Positions 1-11,357 of a DNA stretch of 64,000 nt are shown here, in pieces; position 1 is the first letter of the stretch; each line of letters begins with the position of its first letter. This DNA comes from Hydrolagus affinis. Its lineage: Eukaryota. The stretch is from NCBI GenBank assembly GCA_012026655.1, contig JAAILG010000547.1:1-64000 (forward strand), read 5' to 3'. Made by a program: the position numbers and the translations under genes. Under the pieces are notes generated by a model that was not told where the DNA came from, did not search any database, and saw nothing but the letters and a program-made list of their open reading frames with translations.

Positions 1-115
1 CCCCCCCCGACCCACCCGCACCCTCCCCCTTGCCACTCGGGTCTTCACCCCTGACTGTTTAGCGCTTTGGGACGTCCTTCCAATGTGAAAGGTGCTCTAT
101 CAATGTCATTTTGTT
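1..115 (+). mobile_element. L2 LINE 3' end fragment
   Basis: C-rich 3'UTR then CTGACTGTTTAGCGCTTTGGGACGTCC...GTGAAAGGTGCTCTAT, the same terminus as the L2 copies at 62219-62446 and 57642-58230. Confidence 0.8.
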
Positions 116-1675
116 TACAGTTCCCCTCACTTCAACTCATTCAGTGATCGAAGGCCTGGATCCTGCCCCAGAAAGGTTCCGCATTCCCATCATCTTTTTG
201 AAATAGGTTTCAAAAATAAAATAATTTTTTCCAGGTTCCCCCTTCCCCCCCTCCCCCAGATAGTTTGTTAAGAAGATGAACATTGTTCATATTGTATTGA
301 AAAAATGAAAGTGTTTGTGATCAAATTGGGGAATGTGCAATCTTGAAAGTCATCAACGCTGTTTCATGTTACATTATAATTACGTATATTGAATTGGTTT
401 AGAGACGTGATCGAAAAAGTGTTCGAAAAAGACGATTATGGCTAAAATGATGGCAGTCTCAATGACCGCTGCCGAGATGGATTTTTATTCATTTGCCTCT
501 GTGGAATATTTATCTTGCAAAACACTATTTTTTCTCAGTGACAGTTCCTTTCAAAGTGCTATTAGCGAGCTGTTTTGGGGGCTATGATAGTTTGCAAATA
601 CATTTTATGATATGTTCAATGCGCTTGATGGTTATTTAGCTGAGCATAATCGCTGTTGTACAAGCACCCCCAGATGAATGACAGCGTTCAATTCAGAGCA
701 CAAAGTAATCAATTATTAATCTGCCTTTGCATTTTATGCATACATTTGCTTTGGATGAAGAGCCGTGTTGTGATCCTGGTTTTGTTTGTCAGACGGATGA
801 TTGGTTTTAATGGGATTTGTTCATCATCATCATTCAGATCATTAGAAAGCTTTACCTTCTATGGCCAGATTTCTATTCTGTAGCACCTACTCAAGTGGCA
901 GTAATAAGTACAGGGAAAGTTGAGCATGACACGCCAAATGACCTTAATCCCTGTGATCCATGCAATAGTTAAATAATTCCCTAAAGTTGGACTATGCTAT
1001 TGCAAAGAACTTTGTAAACTGCTGACATATTAAATGAAGTGTACCTTACCTTAGAATTGGTATTTTTTCACCTGATCACCGACAATCTGTTACATTCAGC
1101 TGTAATTTTGTTGTTGTTGTTGTTGTAAAACTGAATTTACAGCACGAGGGAGGCAGGAGAAGTAATCTGGGAAGAAATTAGTCATGATATTGTCAGCAAC
1201 ATAACAACTGCTCGAATCCCCTAAATCTCGCCAGCAGGCAGATAGACAGCTATTTGTAAGTAAGGGAGGTGGAGGCACATTTTCCAGAGAGAATCATTGA
1301 TGGTTCTTAATAACATGAGAAACAGAATATTAGAGTGGACACTAGATAACAGATTTACTGTTCAGTTGTCTTCCCAAACTGATTAGTGACATGGAAGTGA
1401 TGAACTCTTGGCTCAGTAGTGGATAATTAAGATAGCTCGCTTTAAAACGGCTATTTGTAATAGGTGGTATCTTGAACGCTGCATATTACTGTTTTAGTGG
1501 TAAAATAACCTTGTTCATTTCAGCCCAATCGATGTTCCCAGCTTATGATTCTGCTGCTTTTCTTATACAGGAACTTACACGATCACACAAGAAGAAAGTA
1601 AACATTTAATGCGAGATTTAGCAAACCAGGAACCATTTGATTGCCTTTGGTATTATTGAGCTTAAGATTCATATC

Positions 1676-1694
1676 TTCTCTCTCTCTCTCTCTC
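1676..1694. repeat. (CT)n microsatellite
   Basis: Direct reading. Confidence 0.9.
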
Positions 1695-1975
1695 GACTTT
1701 GTTTTGTATAAAACATTTTATTCATTGTTTAGTCGTCCCTGGATCCAATTCCGTCCCTTTACACACTGTGTTGAAAGCTCTCTTCTGTAAACGTAAGCAG
1801 ATAAAAGCAGCAGTAACACACGGTAAAGTGGAAAGGACAATTTTAACCAAACCATTAAATAAAGTCTCACAGCTACCCACTCATCCCCACGACTGCTGTA
1901 AAATATCACCAGAAACAGCAATGCCTCTTTTACGAATATTAATATTGTATTAATATAAGTGGGGTGGGGTTGGTG

Positions 1976-2023
1976 GGGGGGGAAGCAAGGTGAAGGGATG
2001 GGGGGGAAGCAAGGTGAAGGGAT
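1976..2023 (+). repeat. 24-bp tandem duplication GGGGGGGAAGCAAGGTGAAGGGAT x2
   Basis: Direct reading; follows a G-run tract. Confidence 0.9.
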
Positions 2024-2749
2024 GGCGGCGAACCTGTGGACTCCGCCAGTTCTAGGGCTATTTATTGTTAAACATGACCATGGAAGGCTGCGAATGGTCA
2101 GCAGCTGTGCACATTCAGGCATCCCACGTTGCATTATTCAACCTGCAGAAAGAGGGTGGAGTGTCAACAGCAATCCACTGGGCGGCGCTGGTATATCAGT
2201 AATTTTGTTTTGCAGGCCAGTTGGGAGAGATGTTTTCAGGAATTGACTGCTTTTGTGCAATGGAGTCCATTTGTTTGTGACCATGGGATTTGGGAGTGGG
2301 GGTCGTACGTTTGCCTTGTCGTGTTGCCTCTGGAGCGAGCAAAATTCAAGCTGTGTGAGGACCGCAAAGAAAAATCAATCCATCAGCCAATGATCCAGCA
2401 AATCCACCTATTTTCGTCCCTCTTTGCCGGTCTCGCAAACACCTGTGTTGTGTTCAATCCTCTAGGACAGGGAAAAGCTACCTTTACAAATCCCTCTTCC
2501 AACGCATTGGATATGCTGGTGACCCTGGAGCCATGCTGCTCTCGCAGATCTTATTTGTTAACATGGTGTTCCCATCTCTTGTGAATATTTTAGTGCAAGA
2601 TGTTCGGTTCACCAGTGGATTGTATGTTTGTACTGAAGAACAACGTTTACCTTCCACTTGTGCCGCTGTATACAGGTGGGGCTGCACCGATACCTACAGC
2701 AGCTGCCAGAGCTCGGGGCCTCTGCGGCGCCGCGTGACTTTTGTCGCAG

Positions 2750-2903
2750 ATCAAAGCAGTCGTTGCTCTACAATTGGAAGCGATCCCCGGGAATCACTGC
2801 TGCGGTCTCCTTCCATTGCCGTTGGTTCCAAATCCTTGACTGTTCAGCGCCTTGGGACGTCCGCCTGATATGAAGGGCGCCACGCAATTTTTGTTGTTGT
2901 TGT
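2750..2903 (+). mobile_element. L2 LINE 3' end fragment with (TTG)n tail
   Basis: GACTGTTCAGCGCCTTGGGACGTCC...GAAGGGCGC...TTGTTGTTG; upstream translation ESLLRSPSIAVGSKSL resembles the L2 ORF2 C-terminus; 5' boundary approximate. Confidence 0.7.
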
Positions 2904-4536
2904 ATTCGTTGAAGAAGCACTGCCTCTGGCTCGCTGCCATAAATCATCCCTTTTGTAGGCCAGGCCCCTGAATGCACCCTCTTGCCTTTCGCCAAGGACA
3001 GTGTGTGTGTTTGTGTGTGGGGTGTGGTGGTGGTGGTGGGGGGAGGTGGGGGGTGGGGGGGGTTCTATCATTGGCCGCCTATTGGCTCATTCATAATGTT
3101 TGAAAGCACTTGTCTAAGAAGAAAGAACCTTCCCGTTCTTTACGCTAAATCACATTGATTTTGCTCAAAACAGTGCCCGCGTGCTGAGCCACTTCACTGA
3201 GACGATTGGTTGCTGGGAGCAGAGAAAGGTAAATGTAATAATATATGTAACAGCCTTCAGCCTACCTCAAGAGAAACACCAGCTGGGCTATTGAGGGGAA
3301 AGGAGGTGAGGGCGAAGGAGATATCATTCAGACAGATGTGAAGCTTTACTGAAGAGAAGGAAGCAGAAAGGAGAGGGTGAGGTGAACCTTCTCTGGTCTG
3401 GCTTGTATTTCGATGGCTGGTTACAGTGACTTTGGGAGTAGGAGAACCAAGTGGCGAATGGGGGAAGGGGGGGAAATCGAGCCTCTTTTAATGTCAGAGC
3501 GCAACGTAAAGGGAAATAATCAATTGGACGAAATGCGCCGCATAAAATGTGTCAAGAAATGATCTAGCTCTTTATAATACGCTACCCCTGCCCTTTGCAC
3601 GGAAACTACTCGACTAACAGTTAAATTGCAGCGTCTACAAACATGCATCATTAAAAGTATCCGCTTGTCAGGCAGAGTCACTCAAATTGAGCAAGAGGCG
3701 AGATTTCCACTAAATTATGCATGGAACTCGTATGACTTAAGCTGGTCTTATCAACACTGTGTCAGCCTAAATAGACGACAAATGAAATGACTTGCTCCGG
3801 GCGGCGATGGGTCAGGTAGATGCGTAGCCTTTGTCATATTCATCATGTCAGGCCTTGGAATTATTTTACACTCCGCGTAAGTCTCAGCAGCAGTCTGAAG
3901 GTTCAAGGTAGGAAATCAAGCTCAAGAGAATGGAAGGCATTCCCATCGTCACACGAACACTACAACATAAAAAACATCAACAGCTTCTCGCTGTGGACTG
4001 GAGCCCTTGTGCACTTGGCCCAGGGTCATCTGATAATCCATCTGTATTCACTCCGGCATATCTGAGACTCTCCTGGACTGGTGGATGTGGGCTCGCTTCG
4101 ATCCGCACATTCCCAAGGCATAATGCGATTCATCATATCTTTGGGTTCAGTGTGACCCTGTGTCTGAAATTGGATCAGTCTATAACGTCTCGGAATAAGT
4201 TCTCTGCTAAAATCTTTTACCTTCTCAAGGGGTTTTTATTTGGTGTTTTTCTTCAGCACATTCCCAAATAGTTTTCTTGCTGCAGGGCATTGATTCACAG
4301 CCACCAGTCTCCCTTCAGTGCCTCGCCAACTAGTCATTATTGATGTTTATGTCTTGTGTGATGGGTGAATGGAGAGAAGCAAAGGAGACAGATGATTTAG
4401 CAGTTTATCCCAATTGGATGTACACACTTGGGGGGGGTGGGTAGGCGGAGGGAGTGGGGAAGGTGGGTGGGGGAGTTCTCTAAATAGCTGTCAGGGTCTT
4501 GTCTTGGCCTGTGATATTTTGTCTTAGAATTGAAGG

Positions 4537-4780
4537 AAACAAAAACAACAAAATTACACTTGTATAGCGCCTTTCATGTCAGGAGAGTGTCCCAAGGCCC
4601 TGGACGGTCATTGTTTCAGACCCGAGCTGGGGTTGGGGACAGGGAGGGTGGAGGGAAAGGGGGGTGATTTGGGGCAACTGATGAGACCATCGAAGAGGAG
4701 GGTCTTGAGGCGGGACTTGAAGGAGGCCAATGTGGGGGCGGGCGGAGGGACTGCGGGATGGAGTTCCAGAGGTTGGGGTC
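4537..4780 (-). mobile_element. L2 LINE 3' fragment
   Basis: (CAA)n tail, TATAGCGCCTTTCATGTCAGGAG...GTCCCAAGG and G-rich 3'UTR, closely similar to 57642-57870. Confidence 0.85.
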
Positions 4781-4782
4781 AG

Positions 4783-5108
4783 AATGACGATCCTTGCATT
4801 TGATAGAGTGCCTTATCACAATGTTGAAAATTCTCAAAGCGCTTCACAGGATTTTGTGTAAAGTGCAATGACAGCTTATTTGTTGGCGGAAATGACGGCT
4901 AATTTGTCCCACAAGCAGCAAGTGAAGTGAATTTTATCTGGAAGATTGCTGACGAGGGCGCTCTTTTCAAATGGCATCATGCAATCTTTAACATTCACAT
5001 TAACAGGCAGACGAGACCTTTGGTTTAACATCTCACATGAAATACAAAACCTCTGACAATTCAGCGCTCTCAAACACGCCATTGGAATGCCAGGCTGGAC
5101 TGTGAGCC
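4783..5108 (-). mobile_element. Deu-domain SINE (SacSINE1/AmnSINE1-superfamily-like) with L2-type tail
   Basis: ATCCTTGCATTTGATA tail plus core ...CAATCTTTAACATTCACATTAACAGGCAGACGAGACCTTTGGTTTAACATCTCA...CTCTGACAATTCAGC, matching the recalled Deu core and the copy at 38701. Confidence 0.7.
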
Positions 5109-5944
5109 GTCATTTTTCTGCGGTTCTTTAACAAAAAAGCTCGCAAATTCAGATTGAATTTAAAGGGAAAGTTGTCTAAGAGGGAGGGAGGCAGGGAACA
5201 CAATCTAATGTTTGTATGGGGGTGGGCATGTGTGTACGGCTGATGTCTGCCTGTACGTGCATTTGATGTCTGTACGTGGATTAGCCGCTCACTGAATAAA
5301 CAAACTGAGGTGTTGAGGTGACCTATTTGCGTCTTTAAAAATTCCGTTTCCTGACTAGTCCGTTGAGGGTAATTAACTGCAAGATTAACAAGAAGCAACA
5401 AACCAAATTAGTTTCCACTGTCTTTTTGATCTTTCCCATCTATTTGCTGGATTACAAGAGGCGGCATTTCACCAGAGGTAGGAGGAAAAATAACATCCTT
5501 CTGATTAAGGGAAACAGCAAACTAAAGCAAAGCCATAAATCGTCTGGTGTCATTTTGTCTTCCAAACACTACTGACACTAAACAATTGGTGGGGGGGGGG
5601 AGAGAGAGAGTTTCCAATCAACGAGAATGTTTTTGTGCATCAGGCAGCAAGTTTGGATGGAGAATAATGGATCTACCAAGACAAAACTGCATGTTGAGTG
5701 AGCAGAAGTCCACACAGTCAATCGTTCTTCAAGAAAGAGACCGTAATGTAAGGTTGCTGCCGCCGTTTCTGAGTCTCGATGCTCCAACACGACGTGGAGT
5801 CCTGCAGGGCTTTGGTTAGAGCGATCACCTCTCACGCGTGGGGAAGTTTCATAACTCCACACTCCTTTGCTTACCCGGCGGTAAATCGGAACCCATTCTC
5901 AGTTGATTGATGGATTGCTTTCGGGAGCTAATACAGTAATAGGG

Positions 5945-6092
5945 TGGAATACTGCTGTGCGCAATTGGCCACTGCGTTCTGCCCACCAACTGTACAATAA
6001 ATCAGTTTGCATTACATTCCGTGAAGCGCTTTCAGACGTCTCAATGGCGTGATAAGGCGCTATATCAAATGCAAGGCTTATTATTATTATTA
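5945..6092 (+). mobile_element. SINE2-1_CM-like SINE, 3' part
   Basis: GCTGTGCGCAATTGGC...GTGAAGCGCTTT...GGCGCTATATCAAATGCAAGG(ATT)n; homologous to the full copy at 60346-60645. Confidence 0.85.
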
Positions 6093-7670
6093 TCTTTGAC
6101 CAGCTGATAGTGTTCTGTGAGGGAGCAGTGAGGTGAGTATAGGTCGTACAGCAAAGCTGTTGACACTGCCAGCGACCATGCAATAAATTTAAAGGGAAAT
6201 AAATATTATCTGCTTTAAAATACTGCATGTCATGTTATTTTCCCCCAGAGGAACGCAGGTTATTTTAAGGCTTTTATCCCACAGTACTGTATTTCTTTAA
6301 TAGCTTTAGCTTACCACAGTGGAGGCTACCATTGCTGGAGGCTCTCGTCAATATTCAGCGCCAAAAGTACCATGCAGTTTGCTTGGCGTATTGATATATA
6401 CTTAGTATAATATTGCTCCACAGTGTGCAGAGTATAAAATAGGAGCTCACACTACAGAGAGAACCTTGCCTTTGTTCTTTCAAACCCTTAAAAGGATTGA
6501 GAGAGGCAGTTTGCAAAAAAAAATCTGCTGCCAACACCCACATGGAATGAATCCTGCTCAATGTACTCAAGTGTGACAATGTACAATACTGTATTGGGAA
6601 TGTGTGAGGCCTTAAATACATGCATACACGCACTTACACACCTATATATGCAACACACGCAATACAAAGCATCGGTCTAAGTCTTGTATACATCTAATTA
6701 TTCTTCTAAGCAGACACAGATGATTGTCTCAGACGTATTTTCAGTGCTGTGACAAAGGAGGCAGCAGCCTAACCTTTTAGTCTGTCCAGGCCAGAAAGCT
6801 GTTTGGGAAAGCAATCAACTTGAATACTTGCTATCAATACTTGATCCCTTCTGCTCCCTTTCCTTCCTCCACTTCAAGTCGACGACCAAAATGTGGTCAG
6901 GATTGTTTTAAGGAAAGTTCAATGCGTTTGTGAAATCCTGTTTTGCCTCTTTGAAGGTGAAAGGGCCCAAAGGGATTCTTTTAATGCACTGTTATGCATA
7001 TAGTGTATATTCCGTAGAGAGCGATTAAACTATTTAGCTCACAAAGATTAATATCATCGTCAAAATGTTCTCGTCTGTGCTCTCCAGTTCCTGCCTAGTG
7101 TTAGTAAAAAGTGAACTGAAAACAGTAAATAATTGACATGAAGATGAATGATCGAGGTGGTTTACAAGGCAATATATTTGCGAGAAAGAGGAAACATTAA
7201 TTGATGACTTATTGTTAATGTGTTTATAATGTAAACCTGCTTTTTGCTAAGATCAGCATTAGTGCCAATTAAAACGTGACTTATTCATAAATTGAATAAA
7301 AAGATAATTAAGATGTAATAATGAAGTCATTAGCGGATGTTACTCAGGTGGAACTGTGCTGTAATTAGTTGCTGATACATTAAGCTGGTTTTAGAATCCA
7401 GTTTATTCCCTGGTCAGATGGCAGTACAGTGACTGCTGGGGTCAGAATTCATTACTTGATCAAGTTGACCTTGTAGTTGACAAAAAAATGATAAAATGAT
7501 CCACCTTTTTTTCTTCCTGCCAGCGTTTAAAATGTCCGCAATCTGACACTCGTTTTACACTTTGAACAACAGCAAAACTGCAAAACCCTGCAAAGCTCTG
7601 GAAACAAAGTACGAGGAAGACCTGGTGAGTCTAAACTGTTAATACGTTCTAAACTCAGTCCCCACAGCCA

Positions 7671-7840
7671 TAATAATAATAATAATAATCCTTGCATTTG
7701 ATATAGCGCATTTCACGTCTTCTAGATGCCCCAAAGCACTTTACCCAATATGCTGTAAAGTGAATTGACTGTAGATTTGTGGGCGAAATGCGGCAGCCAA
7801 TTGCGTACAGCAGTGTCCCACATGCAGTTGTGGATTGAAA
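7671..7840 (-). mobile_element. SINE2-1_CM-like SINE, 3' half, with (TAA)n tail
   Basis: (TAA)6 then TCCTTGCATTTGATATAGCGC...GTGAATTGACTG...GCAGCCAATTGCG...GTGGATTGAAA. Confidence 0.9.
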
Positions 7841-7893
7841 ATTTTAATGCATGATAATACACGCATCTCACTAATGGATCCAACAATGGAAAT

Positions 7894-8040
7894 CGACCGA
7901 CCGACCGACCGACCGATCAACCAATCAATCCTTACATTTATATAACGCCTTTCACATCAAGGACGTCCCAAGGCGCTGTACAGTCAGGTAGGGACAAGAG
8001 CAGTGGAGGAGGAGTTGGGGCAGGATGAAGGAGAGTAGGA
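7894..8040 (-). mobile_element. L2 3' end with compound (CGAC)n/(CAAT)n microsatellite tail
   Basis: (CGAC)5...CAATCAATCC TTACATTTATATAACGCCTTTCACATCAAGGACGTCCCAAGGCGCTGTACAGTCAGG. Confidence 0.8.
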
Positions 8041-8144
8041 GAATTGACCGTATATTTTGTGGGCGAAAAATCAGTGAAAGACCAACACTGTGTGCCAGGT
8101 CCATGAGTGAAAAATTTACAATCTTATTCAGACCTATAAAGCAC

Positions 8145-8245
8145 ACAGTCCTCACACTTTACAGTATATCCTGTGAAGCACTTTGAGATATCCCCCTGAT
8201 GTGAAAGGCATTAGAACAAATACAAGGATTAGTATTGTTATTATT
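8145..8245 (+). mobile_element. SINE/L2 3' tail fragment
   Basis: CACTTTACAGTATATCCTGTGAAGCACTTTGAGA...GTGAAAGGC...AAATACAAGGATTA. Confidence 0.75.
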
Positions 8246-8950
8246 AGCAGTGATAATAGCTGCTTACAGTTGTGTAGGAGCTTGATGGGTAGTGCTGACA
8301 GTGCAATTTCACCGTTTCCAGGTGATCTTCCATTACCAGCTATACACAACCAATTTCTTGGTAATGTGCAGCGTTAGGTGCCCACATCGGGTGTTAGTCC
8401 TGTGCAAACAAATGAACTGCGTCAACGCCACGCTGGAAAGCAGTAAATCTCGCATTGCATTTATACTGAGCAATGTGGCAAAAGGCAAAGAAAAGCGCAG
8501 CATAATTTCAACAATGAATAACTTTAGAATAACCTAAATTAGCAGCAAGGAAACGTATCCATCGCAGTTGCACCACATTTGATAATAGACCCTTGTCCTG
8601 TTTTCTTCACCTACAAAATACACTTGCTGCACTTCCGTGAAATCCTGTCAAGCGTTTTGCCATGTCCTCTCGACATGAAAGGCACTTATATCAAATGTAC
8701 GGGTTATTTATTTTCAAACGATGATGGTTTTATACAACCTGTCTATCCCGTCTAATAAGCGGAGAGGGACTCATGTTCTATATTGATTCTATTGTTGAAG
8801 TGAAATGTTTTAATGGATGGAAATGCTCTATCCCATCAGAGATTGTCTCACACAGAAACCATTGAAACATGGACCAGAGGAAGAGAGTGATTCTGGTCGA
8901 TATGAACAGGAAGCAAACTACAGAACTCTACACGCGTTGTGAAAATCAAA

Positions 8951-8974
8951 CCTAACCCTAACCCTAACCCTAAC
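8951..8974 (-). repeat. Interstitial telomeric repeat (TTAGGG)~4
   Basis: CCTAAC x4 on the + strand. Confidence 0.85.
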
Positions 8975-9846
8975 TGTCACACAGTTCTTGTGAAAATCTC
9001 CTATATTTTCTTAAATTAATGTGCTGCATTGCACAAGAAGTTTTGAATAGTTGATATGCAGCACTGCTTTCCGATGACTTGGAGATGGGGCGTCTCAAAC
9101 ATGGTATCAATATAGTTTCTACAGAGAGTTCAGCAGCAGTGATACATTATTCAGGAGATAAACAGCAGATGGTATAACATACCGGTCGTTAAAATCAGGG
9201 AAATGTCAAATATACATGTAAGTCAGCTCAAACCCTGAATCTAAGACCGTATCCTGAACACATGCATTCTGACTGTTAAATATCATTGATGTGTTCAAGA
9301 CAAGCTCACTGCATAAAGTGAGAAGGGAATTAATTTCTATTATATTAATAATACTAACTGAAGTCATGATGATCCATTGACAATAAGGATTATAGGCATT
9401 CTCCAATGTCACTGTAACTTGCTGGAAATGATACAAGTCAGCTACTCTATAAACTGATAAGTCCGAAATGTTAGGCTGGTGATAGCTGGACAATCAGTGC
9501 AATGCATGCCGGACAGTGCTTTCAATGGCAAACTATGCAATTTTAGCTGGTTAGATTTTAGAGGTACCAAAATGCACCCCCTAGAGTCTCCAGGTCTTGG
9601 CTCTTGCCAACCTGTACCCAATACTCTCCAGAGATAGGCAAAGCAGGGTGTGTGTTTCATTGCAGAGATTGTATTTTTAAGATATGGAACTCTGTCTGGT
9701 TTCTCTTCTGCAACTAACAGCTCAAATGTAATATGCCGAACCTTTTATATAAATTCCCTTTCATCTTTGTGGGATCTCCCTGTTCACTTCACACATCTTT
9801 GGGCCATCGCAAGCAATAAGTGGTGCTGCAGCTGACAAACACATCA

Positions 9847-9975
9847 TAATAATAATAATCCTTGCATTTGATATAGCGCTTTTCACATCTTATCGACGTC
9901 TCAAAGAGCTTCACAGAATATACTGGAAAGTGTACATTTGTGGGTGAAATATATGAAAGCAATGGCTGCTTTGGT
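9847..9975 (-). mobile_element. SINE2-1_CM-like 3' fragment
   Basis: (TAA)n TCCTTGCATTTGATATAGCGC...TTCACAGAATATACTG. Confidence 0.85.
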
Positions 9976-10739
9976 TACCAATTGGACCATTGTAGGGAAT
10001 CATTCTTTGGGCCTCGAAAAAGTTTCCACACGAGGTATGGATGATAGTGAACGACTCTATGAAGGATTGTCGCCTTTCTGAGCCGGTGGCGGGAATTGTA
10101 GGCACAAGTAGCTATGAAACAATAGAGATGAAAGAGACAAGAAAAGGTTGTTGAAAAATGGACTCTTGAGGAAAGAATGATAGCAGTGGAACCTTCCTGA
10201 AGGAGATGACGCGGCAGGTTTATTTGATCACACACTTTGATTCTCGCTATTGTGGCGAAAAGCTATTTCAGACCAAGGAGAGTCAGAAGAAACGTACAGA
10301 ATTCCACTGCGAGAAAAAAAACATCTTTCTCAGGCAGTCAATTAGCAATCAGCCAGACTGGGTTTGATGCCTTCGCGAAGCTCAAATAAAGTAACAGCAT
10401 TTCCTCCTGGGAAAGGTGGAGTACAAATGCTGCGAGAACGTGGTGCCTTGACTGAATACTCTCTGAAGGCGATGACTTGTTCTTTTAGTTTTGCATCTCT
10501 TGAAATGCATCTTGAGCTGTACTACAAAAAACAGGAGAGTGTGTGGATTCATACGCACTGAACTTATACTGAAATATACCCGTGGGATAGTTTACACAAG
10601 ATCGTAATACCCATTGTATAAGCGTGGGCAAAAAAAAACATTTTACCTGACTCGGAATAGAGCAACACCAAGACAGACTGGATAAACACACATAGAATAT
10701 GCCAGAGCAGGTCATACAAGGAGTAAATATACAGTCCAC

Positions 10740-10845
10740 AATATACCGTCAATTCACTTTAAGTATATTCTGTGAAGCGCTTTGAGACGTCAATAAGACG
10801 TGAAAAAGCGCTATATCAAATGCAAGGATTATTATTATCATTATG
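10740..10845 (+). mobile_element. SINE2-1_CM-like 3' fragment
   Basis: GTCAATTCACTTT...CTGTGAAGCGCTTTGAGACGTC...GCGCTATATCAAATGCAAGGATTATT. Confidence 0.9.
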
Positions 10846-11029
10846 ATTTATTATTATATATAAAAGGCAACAAGATTCATACACATTGCTGTGGCGTCAG
10901 TTTACTCCATGAATATAACACCCAAACCATAAACTATGACAGAATGTTAGACTTGTCAGGGCTGCACTGATCTCCAATAACCCTATACCTATATCTCTGA
11001 TGTTGTCAGTACATCTTCCCACTGTCAGG

Positions 11030-11357
11030 TGTTGGTGAGTGGCAGACTGGTTCTGCCTTTGAGTCAGAAGGTTGTAAGTTCAACCCCCATATATAGGGAC
11101 TTTCATCTTACAGGCAGCGCTGATGCTTGAGTACAATATTGGCCTGTTCACGGCACGATTTAAAAAGGGAAGGGTGTTTCTCACAGGGGTCTTGGCCAAA
11201 AATCCCCCAAATAACATTCGTGACATACTACTTTGTGGCTTTTTATGGGCATTCAAATTGGCTGCTCCATTAATCTACGCAGTCACCACGTTTATAGTAA
11301 AACGCTTTGAGATGTACCCCTGCCGCAAAAGGTGTTACATCAAGTACAAGGATTATT
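11030..11357 (+). mobile_element. Old tRNA-headed Deu-type SINE, near full length, diverged
   Basis: Head GAGTCAGAAGGTTGTAAGTTCAACCCC (B-box-like), GGGGTCTTGGCCAA middle, AAATTGGCTGC...CGCTTTGAGATG...TACAAGGATTATT tail. Confidence 0.65.
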
